Source: an uncultured Actinomycetota bacterium
GTDB lineage: Bacteria > Actinomycetota > Humimicrobiia > Humimicrobiales > Humimicrobiaceae
Direction: 5' to 3'
Assembly (NCBI GenBank): GCA_964481885.1
Contig: CAYZUS010000009.1
Coordinates: 4,576-68,575 of the forward strand
Length of the DNA: 64,000 nucleotides
The position numbers were made by a program, and so were the translations under genes. The notes below the pieces were generated by a model. It saw only the letters and a program-made list of their open reading frames with translations. It did no database searches and was not told the DNA's origin. Numbering within the stretch: the stretch's first letter is position 1; each line of letters starts with the position of its first letter. Shown one piece after another: positions 39,859-49,203 of the stretch.

Positions 39859-40467
39859 TTACCTGCTCATGACTTCCAGTGAATAGTCTGCTGCCAAATC
39901 CTGTGCAATCGACATGCTGTCCGGCTTTTTTCCCTGTTCCTTCTTTTTATTTTTTCCATCCGCCCTGCTCTCACCGCTATCTGTTTTATCTGTGCATTCT
40001 TCGCCAGTTATTCTTTCCGGCCTGCCCTCTAAGCTATTCTCTCCATTTGTCCTGCCTTCATAGTTATTTGTTCCGTTCGGTCTTCCTTCATTATTGTTTG
40101 CTGCGTTTATTCTTCCTTCATAATTATTTGCTTTGTTAAACTCAAGGCTTAGTGCGGCCACATCTGCCGTGATGTTTACAATATTGTATTTTTTGCCATC
40201 CTTGTTTTCCCAGCTCCTTAAGTTCAAATGCCCGCCTACCATTATCCTGTCGCCTTTCTTTAAAGAGCCGGCACAGTTTTCAGCAAGATGATTCCAAACA
40301 GTAATGTTAAAAAAATCCACAACGCTGTTTTCATCACCATTTGCGTCCTTCCACCTTTTGTTTACAGCCAGGCCCATTTCTGTGATGGCCATACCCTCAT
40401 TTGTGTATCTTAATTCCGGATCCCTTGTTAAATTTCCAAGTAAATAGATTTGATTTAAATTAGCCAA
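39859..40467 (-). CDS. ssb: Single-stranded DNA-binding protein with a non-canonical C-terminus
   Basis: N-terminal OB fold (MANLNQIYLLGNLTRDPELRYT…FNITVWN…). The linker has 4x NNYEGRxNG repeats. The protein ends …DYSLEVMSR rather than the acidic DDDIPF tip. Confidence 0.8.
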   Translation of the reverse strand: MANLNQIYLLGNLTRDPELRYTNEGMAITEMGLAVNKRWKDANGDENSVVDFFNITVWNHLAENCAGSLKKGDRIMVGGHLNLRSWENKDGKKYNIVNITADVAALSLEFNKANNYEGRINAANNNEGRPNGTNNYEGRTNGENSLEGRPERITGEECTDKTDSGESRADGKNKKKEQGKKPDSMSIAQDLAADYSLEVMSR

Positions 40468-40512
40468 TTTTTCCTCCCATGTATAATTTTTATTCTTTTA
40501 ATCTCAAAATAA

Positions 40513-40956
40513 TCAGTACCCGAACCTGTAGGACTTGCATAGTCCCAGGGACTCGTCCCAGGGATATACTACTGCTGCTTTTGAAGAAGAAATGATTTCG
40601 CAACTTTTAAAACCTGCAAACTTTAAGAAAGCAAACCCAACTTCTTTTTTTGCAGATACAGTTGCTTTATCATAGCCGATATAAACTTCTGCCAGGCTGC
40701 AATTATTTTGTTCTACAATTCTTTTTGCCAGACTTTCTGCTGAATCAACTTCAAAAAAAAGCAGGTTTTGTGATACTGCAAGGGCCGCCGAATCTGCAGC
40801 TTTTTTTGTTTCTGACCTGGCTATAAAAATTCTGCAAAAGTCACTCAGCACTAAAAAAACAAAGGCAAATAATATAATCAGTGCCAACGAAAGAATTGTT
40901 ATATTTCCTCCCTGACTTTTAAATGATAATCTACAATTCCGGTTTAACTTTTGCAT
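40513..40956 (-). CDS. Putative Tad pseudopilin-like protein (TadE/TadF/TadG-like)
   Basis: N-terminal hydrophobic segment (ITILSLALIILFAFVFLVL). It sits immediately after the tadE-like gene in the Tad cluster. Domain assignment is weak. Confidence 0.45.
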   Translation of the reverse strand: MQKLNRNCRLSFKSQGGNITILSLALIILFAFVFLVLSDFCRIFIARSETKKAADSAALAVSQNLLFFEVDSAESLAKRIVEQNNCSLAEVYIGYDKATVSAKKEVGFAFLKFAGFKSCEIISSSKAAVVYPWDESLGLCKSYRFGY

Positions 40957-41405
40957 TCCATCCTCATTACACAGGTGCTTTCAATCAGTAGGTCTCTTTT
41001 TAAGACTTTGCTGATAAAATTAAAAATGCCTGCATTTTTATAGCTGAGTTTCACGGTGAAAAAATCTCCTGTATTCCTTTCTGCCCCGGAAGAAGGATTT
41101 ATACTGAAATTAAGATTCTCAGCATCAAGATTTGAGCAGATATCATAAACCTGCTCCCTGGCCAGATTTTCTGAATTCGTTGTCGAAACAACCCTTGCAG
41201 CTTCAGAAGCAGCATGCTCAAGAACATTCTTTAAGTATGTGCAGAAACCTAACTGCGACACCGCCAGCACAATTATTATAAGCAACGGCAGAACCAGCAC
41301 AAATTCTACAGATGACTGTCCACAGTCAGGTCTTCTACACCATTTATGATTATTTTCTCTGAAATACTTTAGGTATTTATTTAATTTTAATGTTTTTAAT
41401 GTCAT
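40944..41405 (-). CDS. TadE-like pilus assembly protein
   Basis: N-terminal TadE motif GQSSVEFVLVLPLLIIIVLAV. Confidence 0.65.
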   Translation of the reverse strand: MTLKTLKLNKYLKYFRENNHKWCRRPDCGQSSVEFVLVLPLLIIIVLAVSQLGFCTYLKNVLEHAASEAARVVSTTNSENLAREQVYDICSNLDAENLNFSINPSSGAERNTGDFFTVKLSYKNAGIFNFISKVLKRDLLIESTCVMRMECKS

Positions 41406-41613
41406 TTATATCGGTTCTATAAGTTATGTTTTATGTAATTGATCAGTTCCTGCTGATTATTTAAATTTTTGTTGAATTAATTGTTAAAATTCAGATTGAA
41501 AACTTTTCACTCCTGGCTGTTTTAGCCAATTATTCAGCATAAATTTGTTAATTTTGTCAGGACTCAATATTATCAAGTTGAGCCTGCAATGATGTTTAAT
41601 ATAAATAATGACT

Positions 41614-41648
41614 TAGTAGTAGTAATAATAATAATAATAATAATGATG
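41614..41648. repeat. Trinucleotide microsatellite (TAG)2(TAA)7 in the flp-tadE intergenic region
   Basis: ttagtagtagtaataataataataataatgatg. Confidence 0.9.
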
Positions 41649-41758
41649 TGAGGGTCACTTCAATAAACCGGATATTTGTCGTTCGCCTGTCTTTAGCGCG
41701 GCTCATCAGTTTTTACTGCTGCATGCCGGTTTCTTACTGCAGCCCTCCCAACTGTTTT

Positions 41759-41956
41759 TTAGACAAGCCCTGATATTTTACTGAAAACCTTTGAAATAAG
41801 ATCAATTATCATGGGTTTTCCTACTGCAACGAGAACCGCACTTATAATGCCTGCGATAACCAGCACAAGTGCATATTCTATTGTTGACTGTCCACGTGCG
41901 TTTGACAGTTTAAGTTTTTGGCCGATTTTTAAAATTACTGTATTTATCTTAATCAC
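41759..41956 (-). CDS. flp: Flp/Fap family type IVb pilin
   Basis: Prepilin peptidase motif G-QSTIEYALVLVIAG (Flp motif G/xxxxEY) followed by a hydrophobic helix. 65 aa. Confidence 0.8.
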   Translation of the reverse strand: MIKINTVILKIGQKLKLSNARGQSTIEYALVLVIAGIISAVLVAVGKPMIIDLISKVFSKISGLV

Positions 41957-42114
41957 CTCCTTTTTTTTAATTTTAACCGTCTGTAGATCACCTCCTTTTT
42001 TAATTTACTTGCCTGCAAATCACACCTTCTCCTTCTCCTTTTTCTTTAAATTTAATCATCTGCAGGCAGCATTCTTTTTTTTAAATTTTGTTACCTGCAA
42101 ACCACCTCCTTTCC
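41952..42114. promoter_or_regulatory. Four degenerate tandem copies of a leader element, each carrying a Shine-Dalgarno-like GGAGGTGAT (minus-strand sense) plus an A-rich block, upstream of flp
   Basis: Plus-strand units begin atcacctcc at 41952 and 41988, atcacaccttctcc at 42020 and accacctcc at 42101. Each is followed by a T-run and a (g)cctgca(a/g) block. Only the first precedes a start codon. Confidence 0.5.
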
Positions 42115-42146
42115 AACCTTATACAAATAAATATTTAATCGATGAG

Positions 42147-42971
42147 TTAACCAAAGTTTAAATAACTGCCAGCAATCGAAAAAATGAGGGGACCTCCCAC
42201 AAGCAAAATGAATGCAGGAAGTATCAAAAAGACTAATGGAAAAAGCAGGATAACTGAACTTCTCCTGGATGCTGCCTCATGTTTTTGTGTTGCCTCAAAT
42301 CTGATATATTTTGACTGCAGACTTAATAAATCACTGATTGATGAACCATACTTTTCTGCCTGTATAAGAAGAAAAAGAAAATTCCTGAAATTTCCGGGGT
42401 CAGTTAAATTAACCGTATTATTAAAAGCATCTGTCCTGCCTATTCCAAAATCTATTTCCTTTAGGAATTTTTTTAATGCAGCGCAGATGTTTCCATCGTA
42501 TTTTTCAGATACTATTTTTATTGAGTTATAAATATTCTGCCCTGCGAGTGTTGCGATTTGAAGAAGGTCAATTATGTAGGGCAGATCCTTGTTGAATTCT
42601 TTAATTCTTCGCCTGCTTATATAATTTAATATAAAGTCAGGTACAAAAAATCCGGCAGCCGCAGATACTGCTCCGACTAAAACCATAAACATGATATTTT
42701 GCAAAAAAAATAACGAGAAAAAAGCTGCCAGAAAAGCTGCCAGAAACTTGTAGCCTATCAGGATATTCAAACTCCTTGCCAAACCATCACTGCAGTTATC
42801 CCCGATCCATTCTCTTGAACTGTCGGTTAAAAATGCTCTGTCTGCAATTGACTGGTATTTTTTTAAAATCCGGCCATTTAAAAATATCTTTAAAGCTGCT
42901 CCGGTTTTTTCAGCGAACCTGTTAAAAATATTTACATTTTTTTTCGAATATGTCCTTTTTTTATCAATCAC
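42147..42971 (-). CDS. tadC: Tad pilus inner-membrane platform protein TadC (T2SS-F domain)
   Basis: T2SSF-type polytopic membrane protein. It sits next to tadB and overlaps it by 8 nt. Confidence 0.8.
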   Translation of the reverse strand: MIDKKRTYSKKNVNIFNRFAEKTGAALKIFLNGRILKKYQSIADRAFLTDSSREWIGDNCSDGLARSLNILIGYKFLAAFLAAFFSLFFLQNIMFMVLVGAVSAAAGFFVPDFILNYISRRRIKEFNKDLPYIIDLLQIATLAGQNIYNSIKIVSEKYDGNICAALKKFLKEIDFGIGRTDAFNNTVNLTDPGNFRNFLFLLIQAEKYGSSISDLLSLQSKYIRFEATQKHEAASRRSSVILLFPLVFLILPAFILLVGGPLIFSIAGSYLNFG

Positions 42972-43737
42972 TTAAACCAAGCACCTTCCTGATAATAACA
43001 ATACCAGTAATTTCAAGCAGACTGCCCACAATCAGGCAGGCACTACCCGGCCCACCCGCAAAAAACCGGGTTATTGAAGAATTCATAAAAATAAACATGG
43101 CAATAAGTGCCGCCACAGGTAAAAAGCTGATGATATTTCCCGAATACCTGCTTTGAAGCGTCAGGATCTTTACATTTGAAACCAGTTTCCTGTTTTCATT
43201 TAGCGTTTCTATTATTTTTTCAATAATAAAGATAAGATCACCGCCGATTTTATTATTAAGTTTTAGCGCGGTGCTGAAAATCAGGGATTCTTTGTTTGAA
43301 CATTTTGCGGCAAAATTATCAACGGCTTCATCGAAAGAAACATTCATTTCCAGCTCGTCAGACAGAGTTTTAAGATATAATTTTAAAGGCTCTTTTGCCC
43401 AAGCGCAGTATTCCCTGATAATGCTTCTAATAGATCTGCCTGCCCGCAGCATGACAATGGCACTGGAGAGAAACTCCGCGAGCTGGCTGTTGAGCAGGTC
43501 CTTCTTTTTATTTTTTAAAATATAAAAAATCTCTGAAAAAACAAGAAATATGCAGACTGACATGAAGATGCCAAAGATATAGTTTTTAAAAACCATATAA
43601 AAAAATACGTCCAGAAGTAAAAACATTGCGCCTGCCAGAATTCTTTTACTTTTAATGTTTATGCTGTTTAAATAATCTATTATCTTTATCAACAATCTGC
43701 TTTTTCCTTTATCTTTTTTTATTAAAAAAATCGCCAA
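42964..43737 (-). CDS. tadB: Tad pilus inner-membrane platform protein TadB (T2SS-F domain)
   Basis: T2SSF-type membrane protein (…ESLIFSTALKLNNKIGGDL…). It overlaps tadA by 29 nt. Confidence 0.8.
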   Translation of the reverse strand: MAIFLIKKDKGKSRLLIKIIDYLNSINIKSKRILAGAMFLLLDVFFYMVFKNYIFGIFMSVCIFLVFSEIFYILKNKKKDLLNSQLAEFLSSAIVMLRAGRSIRSIIREYCAWAKEPLKLYLKTLSDELEMNVSFDEAVDNFAAKCSNKESLIFSTALKLNNKIGGDLIFIIEKIIETLNENRKLVSNVKILTLQSRYSGNIISFLPVAALIAMFIFMNSSITRFFAGGPGSACLIVGSLLEITGIVIIRKVLGLSD

Positions 43738-45040
43738 TACTGCCTTCTGGAATAAAATTGTATTTATTCTCCACTCCGGCCCTTGAAAAAATGTCCTTTA
43801 CTTCCAGCGTTGCGCTGTTTCCCAGCCTGTTTTGCGGAGTTGAAATGCTGCATATTTTTGCCAGAGTCCTGCAGCCGGTTGCTTTTTTTTCAAGATGTAT
43901 TATCAGATCAACTGCCGAAGCAATTATTCGCCTTGCTGATACCGGGCTTAGATTTACTGCAGATATCAGCAGTAATGTCTCCAGTCTTGAAACAAGGTCA
44001 AAGGGTGAATTGGCATGAAGGGTTGTCATTGAACCCTCGTGCCCGGTATTCATGGCTGCAAGCACATCAATGGCTTCGTTTCCCCTTATTTCGCCGACCA
44101 TGATCCTGTCAGGCCTCATTCGAAGGGAATTTTTAACAAGACCTCTCAAAGTAATTTCGCCGCGCCCTTCAATATTGGGAGGTCTGCCTTCAAGGCTGAC
44201 AAGATTGGCAGAGTTTATATTAAGCTCAGGAGTTTCTTCAATGGTTATTATCCTTTCGCCTGCCGGAATAAAACTGGAAAGTACATTTAAGAAAGTGGTT
44301 TTACCTGTTGAGGTTGCCCCTGATACTATAATATTGAATTTTCTTTTCACGCATTCTTTTAAAAACTCAGAGATTTCCACGCTTAATGTATTTGCCCTAA
44401 CAAGGTCCTCCATGTCCAGGAGGTTTTTTCTGAATTTTCTGATGGTAACAACAACATTATTTACCGATGCCGGAGATATAACCATGTTTAGCCTCGAACC
44501 GTCAGCCAGCCTTGCGTCAACCATGGGGCAGCTTTCATCTATCCTGAGGCCAATGGAGCTGATTATTTTTTCAAAAACATTTCTTATGTGATGACAGTCC
44601 CTGAATGAAACGTTTGTCTTTTTTAATGTCCCTTCAAACTCTACAAAAACCTCGTTCCAATTGTTAATCATGATTTCTGTTACACGGTTGTCCTTCATAA
44701 GACAGCTTACCGGCCCAAATTCAAAAGCGTCTTCGTATATTTTTCTTACAATATCTGAAATTCTTTTGTCATTTATAATAAGCTTGTCCTCTTCAGTGAT
44801 TTTTTTAACTGCGGTATTTATAAATTCATATTTCCTGCCGGAAGGCATGCCCATCATTTCATTTATATCAGCCGTCTGAATAATCTTTTTGGCAACATAA
44901 TCCGAAACACTGTCACTGTAACTGCTATTGCTGCTATCATTGCTGCTGACATGGTTTCCGTCATTGCTGCCGCCATGAAGGTTGCTTTGGCTTTTTTCAT
45001 CTGTCATGCCCATACTGGTATTTTTATCTGAATGGTTCAT
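43709..45040 (-). CDS. tadA: Tad/Flp pilus secretion ATPase TadA/CpaF
   Basis: Walker A (VSGATSTGKTTFLN). Asp box, Walker B and His box (…TLHANS…) of the VirB11/CpaF family. The N-terminus has an S/N/D-rich low-complexity tail. Confidence 0.9.
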   Translation of the reverse strand: MNHSDKNTSMGMTDEKSQSNLHGGSNDGNHVSSNDSSNSSYSDSVSDYVAKKIIQTADINEMMGMPSGRKYEFINTAVKKITEEDKLIINDKRISDIVRKIYEDAFEFGPVSCLMKDNRVTEIMINNWNEVFVEFEGTLKKTNVSFRDCHHIRNVFEKIISSIGLRIDESCPMVDARLADGSRLNMVISPASVNNVVVTIRKFRKNLLDMEDLVRANTLSVEISEFLKECVKRKFNIIVSGATSTGKTTFLNVLSSFIPAGERIITIEETPELNINSANLVSLEGRPPNIEGRGEITLRGLVKNSLRMRPDRIMVGEIRGNEAIDVLAAMNTGHEGSMTTLHANSPFDLVSRLETLLLISAVNLSPVSARRIIASAVDLIIHLEKKATGCRTLAKICSISTPQNRLGNSATLEVKDIFSRAGVENKYNFIPEGSIGDFFNKKR

Positions 45041-45097
45041 TTAAATCCGTGCTTATAATTTATTTTGTAATATTTCCCATAAATTCGTTTTGCGGCC

Positions 45098-45994
45098 TCA
45101 AAATAATTTTTCAAACAGGCTCTCTGCAAAATCACTTATTGCCTTGGTTATCCTTAAGTTGTAATCAAACATGGGAGCCGGACCCCTTGTCAGATACAAA
45201 AGCTCAATATCCCTGTCATATGGTATAAAACTACTCACCGGGGCCTTAAGCATGCTTATAATCCTGGGAGGCGAAATGACGGGCCTTGAGTTAAACTTGT
45301 TTATTACTACCTCAAACCTGGCCGGCATATTTTCAAGGCATAAATTACTGATAATTACTTCCAGGTTGCTTATTGATATTAAATCTGCCTGTGTTACAAG
45401 CACAAACATGTCTGCATACTCCAGGAAATCTATGCTTTTATCCTGAAGAAGATAAAACGGCGCATCAACAATTATCAGGTCAAATAAACCGGAGAGCGAG
45501 TCAAGTAAAATATTAAGATTTTTACCGGTCATCAGGGGAGCTTTTTCAAATTTTAAAGGAGGAAGAACTATATGAAGGCTGTCCTCAAGGCTAATTACAA
45601 GACGCTTTAAAACATTAAAATCAATCTCTTTAAAATCAAACTCAATGTCACCAATGTCTCTTAAATTGCTCTTGAGCGAAAGGTTAAAAAGAAGCCTTGA
45701 ATCTTTTTTGCCACAGTTAAGGTCAGCCAGAAGGATATTTTTGTTTTTACTTTTTGCATAATAAGCAGCAACAGCATTGGAGAGAAAACTGCACCCGCAG
45801 CCGCCTTTACTGCCTGTAAAAAACAGTATTTTTGAATCTTTTTTCGGTGCAGCCAAGTGCATCGCTTTTTCCCGAGGCTGACCGCCAGGCTCACCATTTT
45901 CCGTCCAGTCATCAGCGCCATAATTATCGTCAGGGTAATAATCATGTTCCCCTTTTTTAAACTTTTCTTTTAAAAGTAAATCATTTTCATCCAT
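45098..45994 (-). CDS. TadZ/CpaE-like ParA/MinD-family pilus assembly ATPase
   Basis: Deviant Walker A region (FFTGSKGGCGCSFLSNAVAAYYA). ParA-like fold. Its position between cpaB and tadA matches tadZ. Confidence 0.75.
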   Translation of the reverse strand: MDENDLLLKEKFKKGEHDYYPDDNYGADDWTENGEPGGQPREKAMHLAAPKKDSKILFFTGSKGGCGCSFLSNAVAAYYAKSKNKNILLADLNCGKKDSRLLFNLSLKSNLRDIGDIEFDFKEIDFNVLKRLVISLEDSLHIVLPPLKFEKAPLMTGKNLNILLDSLSGLFDLIIVDAPFYLLQDKSIDFLEYADMFVLVTQADLISISNLEVIISNLCLENMPARFEVVINKFNSRPVISPPRIISMLKAPVSSFIPYDRDIELLYLTRGPAPMFDYNLRITKAISDFAESLFEKLF

Positions 45995-46137
45995 TGCTGT
46001 TTCCCTTCTTTTGGCAACTTAAAAGCTTTTTACAAAATTTGCATTATTTCCAAATTATTTATTCTTAATCTTTTATTCTTTATTTTTTTGCTTTTTCCTT
46101 TTTTACTGCTCATTTTTTTATTTCTTTTTATATTTCC

Positions 46138-46929
46138 TTACTGTTTTTTATAGTTTTCCGGGATGTTTTTTGGGCAAATAGAAAGGTTTATTGTCCCGGT
46201 CTGAAGTGCCAGAAAAACTGTTTCGACTTCCACTGGCTTTAAATATAAAGTAAGGATACAGTTTCCGGATCTAAAACCTTCTGTTGTGCCCGCCCCAAGA
46301 ATGCTGTCAAATGCCGGCAAATCACTACTTTCGCCGGTGTTCTCCTGCCGGCCTGATAAATCTGTCAGATCATTGCCTGACCTTTTGCCGTCTATAAGAA
46401 TTACCTCTTTGCCCCACATAATAGTCCGGCTTGTAATTGAATCTGTTGTTTTTTCAAATAAGGTCGATATCAAATCGACAGTATCACCAACGCTTAACAG
46501 GGATTTCTCGCCATAGTAATTTACAGGAATTGATACTGCTCTTAAGCCTGCCGGTATATAGGAAGAGAAAGCCAGATAGCTTGAGTCCTTTGCACTTTCC
46601 ACACCCTGGATCTTATCGCTTGATATGATCTCTCCCTTTGCTATGTCCAGTGCTGTCGCCTTTCCGGTAATTTCACTGACATCAGTAATAAATTTTTGAT
46701 TAAAAATATTTCCCGGGATGCTTTTTTTCTCAATCATGTCTTTTGTAATCTGAATGCCGGCTTTTATTTCAACTCTGGATGTGTAGATATCCATGTTTCC
46801 ATCAGCATATTGATTTTCATTTTTAGAACCGGCCAAATACCAGTAGATTAGAAATCCTGCAAATACAAGCATAAGTATTATGGCTATAATAAAGATTTTC
46901 TGCCTGATTATCAGGTTTATCCTGTTCAT
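46138..46929 (-). CDS. cpaB: Flp pilus assembly protein CpaB/RcpC
   Basis: N-terminal TM anchor. SAF-like domain (…GKATALDIAKGEIISSDKI…). It is the first gene of the tad cluster. Confidence 0.8.
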   Translation of the reverse strand: MNRINLIIRQKIFIIAIILMLVFAGFLIYWYLAGSKNENQYADGNMDIYTSRVEIKAGIQITKDMIEKKSIPGNIFNQKFITDVSEITGKATALDIAKGEIISSDKIQGVESAKDSSYLAFSSYIPAGLRAVSIPVNYYGEKSLLSVGDTVDLISTLFEKTTDSITSRTIMWGKEVILIDGKRSGNDLTDLSGRQENTGESSDLPAFDSILGAGTTEGFRSGNCILTLYLKPVEVETVFLALQTGTINLSICPKNIPENYKKQ

Positions 46930-47146
46930 GCTCTCTCTGCCCGCCTTAGGTTTTTATTATTGTTGTTTTATATAATAGCATATTTATTTATTTATGCAAA
47001 TGAATAATAAAAATAAATTATAACTTTTTACTGATTTTTATATCAGCAGGTTTAATAAAATATCAGAGCTGTTAAAATTAGAACAATACATAATTAGCCT
47101 TTTAGGATTAAAACTGCAGAGGCATTTTGAACGGAAGGATTTAAAC

Positions 47147-47908
47147 ATGAAACAATGGTATGAGTTATTGTTTGAGAACTACGGCCAGAAATACGATAGT
47201 GAGGTTTTTGCTCAGGGCACAATTGGCGAGTGCGATTTTATTGAAAATGAATTCAGACATGACAAAACGGTAAAAATACTGGATATTGGTTGTGGAACCG
47301 GGAGGCATGCAATTGAATTATCAAAAAGAGGGTATTCTGTTACAGGAATTGATTTATCCGATTCTCTTCTTGCAAAGGCAAGAGAAAAAGCATGCAGGCA
47401 TAGTCTGAAAATTGATTTTCAAAAGCATGATGCCAGAAATTTACCTTTTAATAATGAGTTTGATGCTGCAATAATGCTCTGCGAGGGCGCTTTCCCTCTG
47501 ATGGAAACTGACGAAATGAATTATGAAATACTAAAAAACGCAACAAATTCATTAAAAAGTCGTGGAAAACTGATATTTACAACATTAAATGGGCTTTTTC
47601 CATTGTATCATTCGATTGAAAAATTCTGTGCTTCAGAATCCGAAGAAGGCAATGCCACCTATAAAAGCAATACTTTTGATTTGATGACATTTCGTGACCA
47701 CAACATTACCGAAGTGGAAGATGATTCCGGAAATAAAAAGGAACTTAAATGCAACGAGAGATACTACATCCCCAGTGAAATTTCCTGGCTGTTAAAAACA
47801 CTTGGATATAAAACAATCGACATTTTTGGTGCGAAACTAGGTGTTTTTTCGAGAAATGACAAGCTGAGCACTGAAGATTTTGAAATGTTAGTGGTTGCTG
47901 AAAAATAA
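47147..47908 (+). CDS. Class I SAM-dependent methyltransferase
   Basis: Motif I ILDIGCGTGRHAIELSKRGYSVTGIDLS. Motifs II/III (…DAAIMLCEGAF…). Confidence 0.8.
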   Translation: MKQWYELLFENYGQKYDSEVFAQGTIGECDFIENEFRHDKTVKILDIGCGTGRHAIELSKRGYSVTGIDLSDSLLAKAREKACRHSLKIDFQKHDARNLPFNNEFDAAIMLCEGAFPLMETDEMNYEILKNATNSLKSRGKLIFTTLNGLFPLYHSIEKFCASESEEGNATYKSNTFDLMTFRDHNITEVEDDSGNKKELKCNERYYIPSEISWLLKTLGYKTIDIFGAKLGVFSRNDKLSTEDFEMLVVAEK

Positions 47909-48048
47909 TTGCACTAAGATTAAAGTCTAAAAAGAAATGCTTTTTATTATTTCATGCCTTAAAAGTAATTGTTTCAAATATAAAGTGAGATAAATCAGGA
48001 CCTTTGTGATAATGGCCCAATAGGAAGCTATTAATGAAAAAAGATATT

Positions 48049-48561
48049 TTACACTTTCACTTTTATGGATGACTTCACTAATTGATTTTTTGGGAATAGA
48101 ATTATGTTATTTCCAGTCATTGTCGCAGATTTTACCAGTATTCCTTCAAATCCGGATTCATGAGCAGCCCTGGCTAAGATGTTTGGTAAACCGATTTCAT
48201 CTGATCTGTATACCGTGCCTGCCAAAAGATCATCTTCTGTCAGATCAAGTATTTTTAAGTTTTCCTGTGAAGTTAAATCAAGAATTAAAGAAAAATTTAT
48301 TTCCAGCTCAAACACCTTAAACAAATTTTCAATTATTATTTCATCATCAACCTTTCTCTTTAGTTCTTCAATGCAGACTTTCTTACTTTCGCTAAGATAC
48401 AAAGAATTAAATTCACCTTTTATATGCCATCTGCCGGATACTTTTTCATTGCCTTCTGTGGAAAGAGGGTCATTGTATTGCCTGGCAATTGCCCTGTAGC
48501 AGGTACAATTGATTCCCTTTGGGCTAATACTCTGGAGTTTTTTCTTAAAGTCTTTATCCAA
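48049..48561 (-). CDS. RES-domain toxin of a RES-Xre toxin-antitoxin pair
   Basis: …CYRAI…GRWHIKGEFNSLYLSESKKVCIEEL…GILVKSA…. The Arg, Glu and Ser positions and the spacing fit a RES domain. It lies immediately downstream of a DUF2384/Xre antitoxin gene. Confidence 0.75.
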   Translation of the reverse strand: MDKDFKKKLQSISPKGINCTCYRAIARQYNDPLSTEGNEKVSGRWHIKGEFNSLYLSESKKVCIEELKRKVDDEIIIENLFKVFELEINFSLILDLTSQENLKILDLTEDDLLAGTVYRSDEIGLPNILARAAHESGFEGILVKSATMTGNNIILFPKNQLVKSSIKVKV

Positions 48562-48575
48562 TTGTCAGCGGATTG

Positions 48576-48941
48576 TTAACTGGCTATGCCTAATTTAAAA
48601 CCATTCAGCAGGTCTATTATTTCTTCAAGGCCTTCTTCTGTGCTTTGCGCTGAAATAATTTGCTTTACAGGTGTTCTGCCATTTAAGGACTTATTAGGCT
48701 TATTTAACCATACTGATATTTTACTTTGCGTTCCAAAAACAGCCAGCAGGATTTTGCAAAGCTCATCAATTCTGTCCAGCACAATTCGCGATTGCGTATT
48801 TGGGTTAACGGTTTTTGTTTCCCAGCGGATTACATTACGCTCACTAACACCCGATATTTGCGCAAATACTCTTTGGGTAAAACCCAATGTGCTTCTTAAT
48901 TCTTTTATATCTTTTTCTTTTTCAAGTGCAGATGTAACCAT
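48576..48941 (-). CDS. Xre-family HTH / DUF2384 antitoxin (MbcA/ParS-like)
   Basis: N-terminal HTH (…LGFTQRVFAQISGVSERNVIRWE…). C-terminal DUF2384-like toxin-binding region (…WLNKPNKSLNGRTPVKQI…GLEEIIDLLNGF…). The gap to the RES gene is 14 nt. Confidence 0.75.
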   Translation of the reverse strand: MVTSALEKEKDIKELRSTLGFTQRVFAQISGVSERNVIRWETKTVNPNTQSRIVLDRIDELCKILLAVFGTQSKISVWLNKPNKSLNGRTPVKQIISAQSTEEGLEEIIDLLNGFKLGIAS

Positions 48942-48970
48942 TTTTAAACCTTACAGTTATTTATAATGTC

Positions 48971-48988
48971 ATGACATTATTTTAGTAT
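48971..48988. promoter_or_regulatory. Perfect 18-bp palindrome (ATAATGTCATGACATTAT) immediately upstream of the antitoxin gene; candidate autoregulatory operator
   Basis: It is self-complementary, lies 30 bp upstream of the antitoxin start, and overlaps a likely -10 region. Confidence 0.55.
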
Positions 48989-49203
48989 TTTCTCCGGCTA
49001 CTGTCAAATATGATTCCGGGAATTCTTTAGATAAGTCATTTCGGGAAAATTTTTATAAATATTCCCTATAGCGATGTCTGATCAGGAACCGGTCCTTATT
49101 ACTAGGGGATTTCAGATTAAAAAATCTGTTTTCTTCTTTTACACCAGGGTCCGCAACTCCATATTTGCAGGAAAGCAAGAAATGCTCTCCTTTGGCGGGA
49201 CCT

